From: Marsupella aquatica | Lineage: Eukaryota > Plantae > Marchantiophyta | Direction: 5' to 3' | Length of the DNA: 64,000 bases | NCBI GenBank assembly: GCA_973895155.1 | Contig: OZ316898.1 | Coordinates: 3,286,480-3,350,479, forward strand | In this document: positions 13,400 through 26,500 of the stretch, piece after piece | Layout: every line of letters starts with the position of its first letter | Numbering within the stretch: the stretch's first letter is position 1 | Translations under genes and position numbers: made by a program | The notes under the pieces: generated by a model | The model's input: only the letters and a program-made list of their open reading frames with translations | Database searches by the model: none | What the model was told of the DNA's origin: nothing

Positions 13400-13830
13400 A
13401 GTTTCCACTTGCAGTAGTCCGTTTCCCATTGTTGTCGCATCTCAGATTTATCAAATGCTTCAACAGAATGATCTTTACACCGTGTTTCTCGCTCTTGGGA
13501 AGGATCACTGACCCTTGTTACATATTGCAAGTGATCAGCAATTATAAAGCTTTTGCGTTTCCGGTTATTGTGGCATCTCATATTCAATCAAAATGCTTCA
13601 ACAGAAGTGATCTTCACACCGTGTTTCTCGCTCTTGAGAAGGACGACTGACCTTCTTACATATTGGAAGTGATATGGAATTAGAAGGCTTGCAGCAGTCC
13701 TTTGCCCTTGTTGTGGCATTTCAGTTTTCATCTTCAACAGAATTGAGCTTGACACCGCGTTTTTCGCTCTTGGGAAGGACGTTTGACCTTGCTACATATT
13801 GCAAGGCATCAGGAATTATAAAGCTTGGGG
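13400..13830 (+). repeat. ~135-bp tandem array (3 units) in the PTEN2 3' region
   Basis: CTTCAACAGAA..ACACCG.GTTT.TCGCTCTTG.GAAGGA..TGACC..TACATATTG repeated at ~13458, ~13596 and ~13732. Confidence 0.85.
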
Positions 13831-15395
13831 TTTCGTGTTGGTCTGCCCAATGTTAGCATGTCTTTGCAATAGAGCTTTTTGGCACTACCCAACTTGAGAT
13901 AGGTCGGTGGAAGGTCAATACTGGCGGGGACTTTTGGGTTCACGTAGTCAATAATTGTTTGACATTTTTCGGACTACCTTTGGGATAAGACTGAAGTCAG
14001 CTTTGCGAAGAACTCTTGCTCTCCAAAAGGCAGTGGCAGTTGGTGCAGGTACCTCGCAGCGAATCTCTTTTAAAGGGGTTGTGACACTGATTGACATCGG
14101 ATCAGGTAGGAAGAGCACCTTTATAGTCCAAGATGCCCTTGAAATTTATGCGGCGTTCTTTTTCTGAATAATGCTGCATACTTGCTATCGTCACCCTTTG
14201 CCCCAGGGTAGTTTTATGTCCACCATGGGCGTGGCAATAGCAATTCCAATCATGGACAAGGTTTGATGAGCTATGTTCTCCAATGGAAATGTTCATCCCC
14301 GAGTGAACAGTGCAAATAGCATTACCCCGCCATGCCTAGTGTACCCCTGTCCAATGTCTGATCACATAAGCAAAATGTACAGCAGAGCATAGCAAGCAAA
14401 AAAGGAGTTTCTCATTCTTCCTCCCCACACCAACCAGGAAAAAGGAGTTTCTCTTTCGTGCCTAAAGAAAAGGAGTTCCCACTTTGCAAATGAATGTCAT
14501 CTTTTCTCTTCTTCCCCTTTCCTTTGCAAATGAAGATTTGGGAGGTTCCTCTTAAATTGCAAGCATCAACTTTTCCTCAGGATTTTCTCTGACGTTGGCT
14601 TTCCAATTTTATTGTTTTTTAACTCAGAGTCTTTTGTAGGAGTTACCACAAGGGACCGATAACAGGGTTATCCATGGGGTCGCCTTATGTGTTTGACCAG
14701 TAGGTAGCCTTTGGGCTCCTTTGTAATCAGATTTAAAAGGGTTCCGTTCTTGTAGATAATAAAATAACCACACAGTAGTTGATTTTTCACCTAATCTTCT
14801 TACAAGAAAATCATTTGGGGAATATCTGTAATTGAGTACTGAGGAGCTCCCTGGCCTAAAGTACTTGAACGTAGAGTCCTTAAAGGGGCTGGATTTAAGT
14901 TGGGCTCACTTTTCTTGAGTGCTTCCTTCTTCCTAGGGCCTTTTTTTTCTTCCTTTCTGCCTCTTTTTCTCTTTTAGGGTATGGTATGAATATGAACTTT
15001 CGGTATGGTATGAATATGAACTTTTCGCACGCTCCTTTAAATTATTTACATATGGTTTGCACTGTCTAGCTTTAAATGTAGGCCCATTTTTAAATAGGAT
15101 TTTTGCCTTAGGTTGGTTCTGAAAATGAACTTATTTTCAAACATTTGTCGTGTTTTTGTTGCCATTCTTGTTGAAGGGTTTTTTCCTGCAGGCTATTCTT
15201 GGAGTCTTGAGTCTTGAGTCCTGATTCATGGTGGCCAATTGTCTTCACACCATGTCTAGAGGCTTTCCCCCCTAGTTCACACACAAAGGAGTGTAGAAAA
15301 TAAAGGGCTGGATCCAAAGACTCAAAGAAAAACTTTTTTAGGTGAATAAAACTTATTAGCAGAACTAAAGAATTGCTTAGATGGAAGGGTCTACT

Positions 15396-15691
15396 CTCGG
15401 GGGTTTCACTTCCACCAAAATGACACATCACGTGCGACAAAGTATAGGGTCATTTTATTGCTTCAAAAGGAAGACTTAAGAATTTTTTGAGAAGAACAAT
15501 AGGGTTGTTTAAATCAAATTTTGAGACTTATAAGAACATTAGGGTTCTCATAACCAAATTTTTGGAGTATTCCAAGAATATTCCAACTTTATAGGGATTG
15601 AAAAATAATTATTTTTTCTTACATTTTAGGGGGTCCGAGACCTAAAAACGTTGCAGGTGAAGGGGAGACATCCATATAGTGAGACCCCCAT
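15396..15691 (-). mobile_element. hAT-type MITE (~295 bp), copy 1
   Basis: TIR CTCGGGGGTTTCACT / AGTGAGACCCCC and perfect 8-bp TSD GGTCTACT. The body aligns by eye with the copies at 32633 and 59105. Confidence 0.85.
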
Positions 15692-18600
15692 GGTCTACTT
15701 CATGGTGGCCAATTGTCTCAGAGTCAGTCTTAAGACTTTGTTCCATCTAATTCACACAAAAGGAAAGTGGAAAACAAAGAAGTCAGGCTGGATCTATATA
15801 TTCAAATAGAAGTTGCTTGGATAAATAAACTTTACTAGCATAAATGAAAAACTGAATATGGAGAAGAGGCAGCCCAGTACCCCACACTTAGCATTCACTT
15901 CCATTCACCCCCTGACCCCATTGTTACAAAGGTGGTTGGCACTGAGGAAGTGAAGAGTTCCTAGGCAGTGCATTTCCACCCTGTTTGTCACAGTGGCAGT
16001 AGGAAATAAATGGGGATGATTGAACAGAAATCAACCTTGACCATAGCCCCAAATAGACCCTTCACCACACCTTTCGGCCTGATTTAAGGTCCTGACTCAC
16101 CCTTCGTGGACAAACCTGGAGGGACCTTCCCGGGAAGATTTGCCTAATAAAGTATGGACTATCAAATTTGTGCATGCCCTGTATGAACCCTAAGCTTTTT
16201 TCATTTCAAATATTATGGCAATGTCACAATTTCTCTAACATAATTCCATTTAAAAAAAAACACAATGAAAAGACAAATCTGAAGCCCCCATGGACCACAA
16301 GGTTGGCCTTTGAAACCCCTATGGACCATATTTCCCCAAATTTGGGTTTAATTAATTAAAATAACTTGATATTCATAAAACACACTCAAATTATATTTTG
16401 TGTGAGGACTTAAATTTTCAATAATTATTTATTTACAAGCGTATAGTCCCTAGTGGGCAGAGGCTCATAGAGTATAACGCCCTGCAGCACACTCACAGAC
16501 TCACTGTACTAGTAGTTGGCGCTATCAACAACAAACTGATGATGAGGGGAATTTAATGCTGTACATAACCCAACGAATGTCCTAATTGGATAGAGCAATA
16601 TGATGGGACTAATGTACCACGTAGAAAAGTACAGTACCCCCCTTGAAAGCCTCCTGTAGTTGCTATAGGTGCCAAGCTACTGCGCTTCAAATGTGCTGAT
16701 CACCTACCATCTTCTCAGCACAAGTCATACCTGGTTGGAGTTGTTGGGTTGGCCATGGTTGCAACTCAACTGTAGCTCTGCAACCTACAGTGAGGAATTG
16801 ATGATGAGTTAATCATGACTGTGATTGTTTGTACCAGAGTACAGGACTGCAGTAAGCGAGTCAAGTCAGGTACAGGTACTGGGTGGGAAGGATTGGATCA
16901 GTGGCATCAGGATCTGGTCGTGTGGGCGCCAGTCATAGAATTTGGGAGTCCGAATTGACATCAAAACGTGATACTATACTATATTGTATAATAAAATATC
17001 ACTCCATATCATGATCATCCAAATTATTATTTTTTAGTCACTCAATGTTTTAATTATATATCATATATATGTATTGTCATATTTTGAAATATAATTATAT
17101 TACAGTGAAAGAAGTTGGTTTAATTAAATTTTGCCTGTTTCTCACCTTGCAGTTTTTCGTTTGGGATCTTATTTCTTGTTTGACTATTTTGTTCATTTTT
17201 GTTTCTAGCAGCTGACATTAGTTTTGGGGGATTGTAGGGGACTTCTGGGCCTTTTGTGTTTTTTTTCCTTTGTTTTAACTCCTTTATTGGTTCTGAATCT
17301 GGTATCCTGATCCTGTCTCCCGCTCTGGGTCTACTTTTCTTTTGGCAGAACCATATATTTTATTTTTCTTTTGTAATGTGATGTATAGTTTACTTCAGAC
17401 TGCATTTCCAGATGTTCATTTTTATTCTAAATCTCAGTTATCTGAGTTAGGTAGTCATGCATGTTTTCACATTTCTCAGATTCTATGCAGGTTAGGAATC
17501 CTATGGACCATAAGGTTAATTTTCCATTTTTCATTTTGTTTTGCTGATGGAAAAGGAAAACTGTGCTCAAGGGTACAAGCCATGCAACTGACTTTGCTTC
17601 CTTTGGGATGGGGGACAACCCTTTCACTTAATATTCAAACTAGACAAAAAGTATACAAGCCCTGGAGCCAACCAGAGCCAAAAATCCATGTCACCACAGA
17701 ACTGAAACTGATAGTAAACTGGGAAGGCCGGGAAGCGATGGCACACCCATTCCAAAAAACCAGGAGTCACCTTCATTAGAAAATGCGAGGAGTACTGGGA
17801 CTAGTTGTGCAGCTCCAAATAAGCAAAGACTCCAACCCCATAACTATGGAACTTCAAATCTGACTATGGGTCAATAAACACAATAAGCTTGAAAAAAGGT
17901 GGGGAGGAGCAGATAATCATTTCTCATAAAATCCAGGTAATCTCTTGGATAGGAGCACAGCTTGGGAGACAAAACCCTTTCTCCAAACTCCCCATTACAT
18001 CATGACTCCTCCCTGGGTGTCACCAAAATCCAAGAGGAATCCACCTGCAAAAATATGCGAACAAAAGTTTAGCATGAGATACTTCCCTTTCTAGTTCAAA
18101 AGTTTCACCATACCAAAAGGAAAAAAATCAACAAAACTTAAAACTTAAAACAAACTTTTGCATCGCCCTACCCACCCCAAAAAAGAAAAATGGATATGGA
18201 ATTGTAGATGCCTAGTAATATTAATTTGGCGCGTGTGGCTTGGAGCCTGTAATCTGGATGGCACTATGGGAGAGGTGAGTGAGGAGTGTGACGAAGGTGA
18301 ATTAATTAACTCCTTTTGGAAAGAAGCGAAAAGAGAGGCCTAAAGGACAAACTGGGGACGAAGTCAACGTGATGAAATAAGGAATCCAAGGCATTACATA
18401 GCTTTAGTTAATGAGGGACCGTATCCAGAGCACTGAGCTCCAATAATAAATGAAGGCCCTTATTATGCCCCTCGCTAGCTGGCTCCGAAGATCCGGAAAT
18501 GTCGGGCGGCTGACCGCTTAACTAATTCTTTCATAATTCATACTGGCCACACCTGTCCTTTCCACGAATGACAAAACAGGGAGATGGCTCAGATGGGGCC

Positions 18601-19124
18601 CCCACATAAAATAATAACACTACTACTAAAAATATGCAGATGGTTGGAACATTGGGACAAGTGACCTTTTTTTCCCCTGTAATCTGTGAGGGAACCTAAA
18701 AGGACAAGTGCCTCGAAGGAGAAGAAATGTGGGTCCCACCCATTATTTCTTTGTAAGACACTCTTCAATCTATATATGGCCGTCGGATCTTTCCTGATAT
18801 TAAGGAAATCCGTCAGATCTATGAAGATGGAGTTTCAACTCATAGGTATTTGACCAATTTGGGGTATTTTTCTCCACAATTTTTCTCGTATAGTCGTATG
18901 ATTCGCAAAGGTAGAATTTTGGTGATTATTAGCCAAGTAAAATATCAATCAACCAGATAGAACTAAGGAATAGTCCGTGGCATCTTCAGGGGCTATGGGC
19001 TGAAAATGAAAGTGGACGGTGATGGTTTAAGTGCTGAATTTGGAGTCTAAAAGTGGCAGGGCCCTCGTGGTCAGAATTCCAACCCCTCCATCACGAATGG
19101 TTTTCCCATATTTTTTCCCCATTT

Positions 19125-19440
19125 TTTTATATATTTCACAAAGGTGCCCAACAGGGGGACATGATCCCATAGGTGAAAACCCACTCAAGAGAGAACAAGG
19201 AAAAGGCCAAAAGGCCAGAAAGACCAGGGCAGAAGCCTAGCACAAGAACAACCAAAGACGCATAAATCTAAACCCTACCTATTGGCAAATAGAAGTGCCT
19301 GGTTGAGTTTGGGAGTAAACTGCTTAAGAGGGTCAAGCAATGGAATCATACTAAATGCTGGACAACCAATTGCCTCTCCTCTAGGAAGAATAGTGAAAGC
19401 CTATGCCTCTTGAAGTGCAACAAACACCCCATTTGGAATC
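19125..19440 (-). mobile_element. LINE 3' end with short A-tail
   Basis: Minus strand ends GGGATCATGTCCCCCTGTTGGGCAC..ATATATAAAAAAA. Same family as 32070-32335. Confidence 0.6.
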
Positions 19441-21855
19441 TTGTGTCTCAGTTGGTCCTTTTTGTTCTTGTCTTTGGCAGTTTGATAATACATCACCCAC
19501 ATGGCAAAAGTGACTATGGCTGATTTCAATTTCTTTAATAAACTTTCTCCACATTCTCAACTGAAATTGATTGATTATTATTTTCCATGTTCACTAAAGT
19601 TGATTATTTTCCCTCTGTTAACGTATCAACGACGAATACGGCAGACAAAATTCTCTACATCAATGAAGACACCGAAAATTGATTGATTGCAGAATTCAGT
19701 CTACGAGAATCCAAGCTTGGAGCTCCGATATGGCAACGATGATCACGGCGGAAATAGTATTTTAACCTTCTCCAATTACGAAGCCAGGAAAGGTCGCAGT
19801 ACCGCCATACCGCCCTAAATTATTATAACATTTTTTTAAAAAGGATGCAATAGTGCAGTGGACCACTCTACCACTACCCCTCTCTCCAAAAACGCACCTA
19901 TACTTTTCTTTGTACGAAACGTCTGTCAGGATTGATTTTGTTACAATATCGTTACTCCGTTGCCGGTGCAGAAAATTCCTGTACCTATGCCGAAATGCAC
20001 GTCCCTTCCATGGCTCCAGAACCCAGATCATGAGCTCAACCCAGAATTCATTCCGATGATCATTGCACACCGATGTTTTCTCTGCAACGAAATCTTGCAC
20101 GGGCGAGCCATCGTTCTCGTTCTCCGTATGTGGCAATCTGTGGAAGTAGTGGGGTTTTACAGTTGGGCAATATAGAGTGTGTAGAGACAGCATCCGAAGA
20201 AGCTGATGAGAGGATTGAATGGATTGAAGACTTGAAGGAGAGGAATTGAAGTCAAGGAAGGTAAGCGCTGAGTGAGCAGGGTGGCAGCATTGAATGGGCA
20301 CGCTACAGAACTGACTGTTACTTCTGTGGTGTCAGCGCCTTTCCGGGGGGGAAGCATTGACGGAATGAATTCTTCTCCCTTGCCTTGCGTTGCCTTGTCT
20401 CTCATCAGCCTCGGGCCATCGCCAGGTGAGCTCCCTCGACGCTAGTGGTGGTGACAAGAAGCGCAAGCGATGGATGGAGGGCCGCCATCGTCGCGCGCGT
20501 ACCGTAGCACGTACCAAATACCGTTGCGCCTATTTAGGTGTGGAGTGGTAGCAACTTTTATTATCACTAGAGTGCAAGCGAGGCTGCTGCTGAACAGCTG
20601 AAGTGCTGGGTAGGGGGATTGATGTTCGCACATGCGGGAACAGTGCGCACAATTTGAGCAATCTGCTCATCTGGCTTTGCCCCACGTGAGGGGCTGCGAG
20701 AGGACGGGGTCCCCCGCTTCTGGAGCGTAGTGTTGCAAGGTAGCCTAGCCTCGGATGAATCCATCACTCCATCACTGTGTTGTGTGATTCACGCTACGCA
20801 GCACTAGATCTTGGGTCGTTTCGAATGAATATTTTGTTCTGGACCGTGCGTTGTGTGATTCACGCTATTCAGCACTAGATCTTTGGGTCGTTTGGAATGT
20901 CGTATTTGTTTTGACCGTTCAGTGTTGCCATGTTTGTCTCTTCGGACAGATTCTTTAGGAGCGGGACTCGAGTGGGCAAATTCTTTACCTGGAGGTGGAT
21001 CGGAGAGAATTATGTATATTATTATCTACTTGAAAGCGCAATTTGACAGCCCAACCCAGAGCAGCAGCCCCCACAGAAAGTGATAACAATGAACAAAGAT
21101 GCTACTCGGCCTTTCCAAGACCGACCGTGGTCATCAGTTTGGGTGTTTGAAACTTAATCTAGGCCCCCAACTTGTAACATGATTAACGCTTTCCACAAAG
21201 GTGAGGACTCACCAGCCAACTGCAAGGTCTGGCTTACGACGCGTGTGTGCAGCCCCCAAATCATGTCCAAGACCCTTTCTGGCAGGTAAATTTTGAGCCG
21301 CCGAATTGGTGTCTGTGGGGCAGCAGCTTTCAGTTTTTTTGGATGCCTGTTGCAACCTTGACAATTATGCCGCCAAGCCACTCGGAGGGAAGGTCCAGTG
21401 CCAAATGCAATCGCCCATTTGCACGAGGAATTCCTGTCAAATCCATTCTCACGCTTTTGGCTTTCTGGATGGTCTGCTACTCTGCCCGAGGCACACTTCG
21501 AAACGCGAGTCGAAACAAAGACTCCAGCCGCAGTCTAACTTTCAAGAGGTGGCGGGAGAGGATAATGTAGCGGGAGTACTTGGTTCGATTTCGATTTCGA
21601 GGCACGAGATTGGATTAGGGTAGATGATTTCGTTCCGACAGCAGAGAAGACCTGAATATGCAACACTCCAAAACAAATGCATCTTCATGGTCTCAGTGTC
21701 ATCCGGCATTGAGTCCAATTTTGAGCAAATCCATCAAGGGCCCCAAAACCTCTACATTCACAAAACCAGTGGAACAACAAACAAGGCATACATCTCCAAT
21801 CAACCGATCTTAGATACACGCATGATGTGTGTACACGGGTAAAGTGAATTCATTT

Positions 21856-23580
21856 CTAAGATTGTAATTTGCAGCTGGACATGTAAATCCTCAACATGTG
21901 CTGCCAGAAAAAGTATAGTACAAGTGGTTTGATCTGTAGTTTGCGAGGCTTCCAGCGCCTCAACGCTTCCAACGCCTGGTTGGAAATGTTGTAACAATCA
22001 CTCACGTCTAGCTCTTGTATTTCGGGACAGCTAGCTGCTAATTTAGAGGCAGACTTGTCTGTCACCAGCGGACTGTTGCGAATTGACAGCACCGTAAGCA
22101 GCGGACACCTGCGTGCAACCAAACGAGGGAATGGTCAATTCCAGAAAAACTGCCGCCCTAAATCTATTCAAGGCCCAAATCAGTCAAAGCATATTCTTCC
22201 ATAATGTAGAGCACAGTACTCCCTTCCAGCAACTGCCCAATTGGTTCATTGGAAGACCCATATCAGGTGGAACATCCAGCCATGAAGTAGAACTCCATTG
22301 TCCAATTTCGTCGATGTCCACCAGCGAAAGTCGTGAATTGAAATCGTGCTGTCAACATCAACTTCCTAACGATCTAAACGCAACGGTGCGTTGTCTAACT
22401 GGGACTCAGAAAACGACCAATTCTGTAACTTTGCGCCTGAAAGCCGGACCCTCTGTAGCGAACGAGGGAAAAGAAGAATGGATTGCTACCTAAATTGAGG
22501 TAACAACCAATGTCACATTGATCGGCAAAGTCTAGCTTGTCATACGAACAATCTTAGAACTTCCGCCGAATGAACCGTTCCGAGTACCGAATCCTCAGCA
22601 TTGACCCAAATTCACGGTGAGTTGAGCCGGCCGGGTTGTTATACTTCCAGTTGCAACGAAGTTGTGACTCAATCCTATCAGCACTTGACAGTCATAGCCG
22701 ACCATATTGAAGATAGGTTTCTTGTCACGAGGAGATTACGCAATCCGGCTCCATTTCAGCGAATGTAGTAGACTCGAGCACATCATGTCCGCAGTAAACA
22801 GCCAGCCAGCCTCCAGATATAACTGACCATACTAAAGATGGACTGCTAGTCACGAGAATATTATGCAAACGGGAATGAGTAATTCGTGGAAGAGAAAGTT
22901 GGAAGCAGGCGTACTTACACACGAAAGATAGAGACTGCGTCCTTGCGAGGCTGTCTCGATCGATCGATATAGGTTTGAATGTCTCTCGTGTCAAAGTGAA
23001 GATTCAATGAGAAGTGGAAGAGTACTCTTGAGTTGAGAGGTGGGCAGGAGGCAGGCAAATGATGAACTTATTATGAATACCTGTCAGCAATGTACTCTAT
23101 TGCTCCATCTGAACAATGCATTGTGCGTAGCTCGCGGAGCTGGCCACAACTCCGATCCACGATTTTCTTTACAAGAAACTCCACGCTGGATTCGCACTCG
23201 AACTCCCACCATATATCCTCCTCTATCCTCTTCTCAAACCACCCCTCCATGTCCACAATCCTCCAGCAAGTCGGGTCGCAAGAAGCGCTCCGCCAAGCCT
23301 TGCACACGAGCGGCACCGTCTGCATTCTCTCCTCGAACGGCAGCCGACTGAAAACCTCAGCGAGCAAGTCAGCGCCGATCACATTGGCTCCTCCGCAGCT
23401 TCTGCTGCTGTCCATACACGACCCGCTGCTCGTCTTCTCCAGCACTACATCATCAACTTTAGCTTGACGACATTCCGAGCCTGCCACCATGATCCTTCTC
23501 CTCCTCTTCCGTTGAGGAGAAGGCATTGCTCTTCTCGATTGCTCCCGAACCCCCATCGGTGGGACAATCATCTCCAACAT
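21856..23580 (-). CDS. SKIP1-like F-box/LRR protein, apparently C-terminally truncated (~250 aa; possible pseudogene)
   Basis: Exon 1 23580-23081 (alternative upstream in-frame ATG at 23724) and exon 2 22108-21856, joined by a GT-AG phase-2 intron. F-box LLAEVFSRLPFEERMQTVPLVCKAW, followed by HCSDGAIEYIADR|CPLLTVLSIRNSPLVTD...CPEIQELDVSDCYNIS, matching the SKIP1/FBW2 family. Similarity stops after ISNQALEAL. Confidence 0.85.
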
Positions 23581-26500
23581 ATTATTATCTCCAGCGAAAA
23601 TGCCCGCACGCTCCGAGTGGTCTCGTCTGCCTCGGAATCTGTAGAATGGATTGGGGACAGCCTTCGAGCCACCCGGTCTCTCCTGTTTGCACACAGCTAG
23701 CGGTGTTGCCGACCAAAGGCCCATCGATCCCGTCCGCTCGGGCGGGCAGCGTAGTATCGAAACATTTTCATGCTGTTTTCCCTGACCAACAGTACTTGCC
23801 CTGGTGCAGCTGGTGATGCTGGTGAAGCGACCTGTGTCCAGGGAGAAAACCTTTAACCAGCAGCAAAACGAAGAGTGATCAATGGTAAGCGAGACACCTT
23901 CCAGAGATGAAGAACTACCTCGCTCCTGCCAATTCACAGTGATGAACAATGCGCTCGATGGTGAAAGAGATCAAGCAACTCGGATTTTGGATCCCCTCTA
24001 GACTCTGCAGAACCAACTGGTAATTGATACTGGATCCTTAACACGATCAGCGCAGAGCAAGCAGGCAACACTGACATGGGATTCAAAGGACATGGAGCTC
24101 CATCACTCGTTGACCATTCCTTCCAATCGCTTTCTGTTGCTCTATCAATTGTGAGGGCACTGGCGCTCATGGACTAGAAGGGCGAGACGCCAGAATGCCC
24201 TCATCAAGCATCAAGCAGACTGAATGATGATGTGGCAATGATGCGAAAGCTTGCTCTGCGTGAGGTAAAATACTCGTCATGACTGGAGCATGACTGGAGC
24301 AGAGGTGAAGAACGTCAATGTGGAGGGGATGAGGAGACCCACAATGGACGCGACGAATGATGTCCTTTCTAGCTATCATTCTGCAAAAGGGACGGGGCTA
24401 ACAGACTGATTGTCCATGACCATCTCCGACACTTATTAGTCGATCGGGGGCCGAATGATAGTAGTAACAAGCCAATGGGACGGTAAAGTTGAGGAGCTCC
24501 TCAGATTTCTATCGCTTAGCCTTCCAGAGCTCTCCCCCTGGACCGTCAGTGAGATCTGTCACGCATGTAAAGTCACCGTGAAGTTATGTATGCTAGCTAG
24601 TCCTAGGAATATTTCAAGGACACTGTAGGCCGACGATATAAAAGCGAGATGAGCAGGGACAGGACTGTATCACTCATCTCCTCGCCGGTTTTCCATCCTT
24701 CTGTTCTGCCAATTTGGGAATACTGACTACGTTGAATTTGTCTTTCAGGAAAGAGAACGTAGTAGTGAGAGATGGTAAAGTAATCCCCTAGATTCCTGTC
24801 TCTAGATTTCGGCGCCCGGTATCTCCTGTCCTGTCACAGCTCCAAAGCCTCCAATCCCTCCAGCTTTGACCATTCCACGCCACTTGCAGCAGCAGCAGGA
24901 GGCAAGCCGGTGCCTTGCCTGCTGCAAAGTGCAAACTACAAAATAATATTGGCACTGGGGATTTTATGAACTACAAGCTGTAGCTACCTATCGTAGAATT
25001 TTCATCATCAGCGTCTCGTAGCTCGCCAAATTCATATAATAATAATGAGGAGGAGGACACCGAAAACGGGCCAGCCGCTCCGAACTTACTGAAGTACAAA
25101 CAGTACGAAAGAGTGAATGAGCCGACGGTCTGGGTATTTTTGGCAGCGTGTCAAGAGTCAATGCTGGCTGCACTGCTACGAGACAAGAAAAAAGCATTTC
25201 AATCCCCCCGGTCGATCCGACTGTAGTCGGCGTCTGGGACACGACCAAACTCTGGTCTGGAGAACCGCAGTCCTCCTTGTTTCCCTCATCATTTCCCAAA
25301 CCACACGGCGTATGTGACTATGTGCCCTCAATCACCCACAAGACATCTATCTCTTCCAAATTACGAATAGTGTTAAGACAGCTGCTCGCAATTTTTGCAT
25401 TCCCCATCCACATAGGAGGAAGTGGGCAATCTCTATATATGTAGCTTGGAATTCACGTGCTGGCAGTTTCCAATCCAATTCCCAATGTTCACAATTTCCG
25501 GGGAGATCATGTTGCTTGCAAGTCGTGAGCAAACTCCCCTACCTGGTGCCGCTCATCGAGGTTATTAGACTCATCCCCACACAACAATCATGGCCAACGA
25601 CCCACGTGCATGTGGCTCGCAATCACAATAAATCTAGCCAAGCTATTCCAAACCTTTCGAGAAAAGCAGCTCTATGGACCCCCCGCATAGGTGAATGCTT
25701 TCTGTGCGTAATTGTATAACATGAAATTTGAGATTGGGGGTCTCGATAGGTTAGATTTTGGCACGAGTGCTCATATTTGCTACATATGATCATCTTTTGT
25801 TTAGACATGGGATCCTTCAGCATCTCTGCAACAAAGATGGAGCTAAAGTGAGTACGTCTTTGAGCTGGATAGAGATCGTAAAAGAGCTTTCGATCTTCCA
25901 CCTTTTTCTTCTCTTTGTGCTTTCTTTTTGTTTTGTGCTTTTCTAACATGAAATAGGGAAGATTTGTACCGAGATCCAAGGTGATAATTATATACCCATT
26001 GGAAGGCGTCACCTACGAAAAAGAGCTTTTGGGCCGTGGGGGAAGAGAGTTATTCATACATTCTTCCTGCACCACACTATACAGTTTCCAAAAATTCACA
26101 GCCACAGCCATTTTACTGTTTCCCTCTGTGGTCCCAGGCCCCTATCTAGCCAGACCCCACACTCCCAGAGACATCGTCTACCTGCTACCCCCAACAGACA
26201 AGGTGGGCATTGGGTAGACTTCCCCGCCCCCCCATCAATCACAGGACTCTCAAACAAACAAAAAACCCACAATCAAAGGGCTCGCGTTGCCAATATTTCA
26301 AAGCTGTTGTATTGTAGTAACCTTGAAGCTAGCCTTGAAGGATATCATCACCAACACTGCAATAGTTTCCACAACCCACATTTATTTTCACTCATCTTCG
26401 TCTACCATAGGCTTGACCTACTCCTCAATAAAAGCATTCTCAAAGCTAGGAAGTACTAGTAGTAGTGTAATAAGTTATAACCTAGTAGCATTGAAGAATC

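Noticed and set aside
21100-21165. Hammerhead-like order on the minus strand (GGCCTA..CTGATGA..GAAAGGCC)
   Set aside because: Stems I and II cannot pair. The CTGATGAG at 20203 also lacks stem II and GAAA.
23687-23698. 12-nt match to the 3' half of miR536 near the F-box gene
   Set aside because: Wrong strand for a target site, no seed match, no hairpin; expected by chance.
23581-23949. N-terminal extension of the F-box ORF to 292 aa
   Set aside because: It begins at TTG, has no homology and looks like UTR. The first ATGs are at 23724 and 23580.
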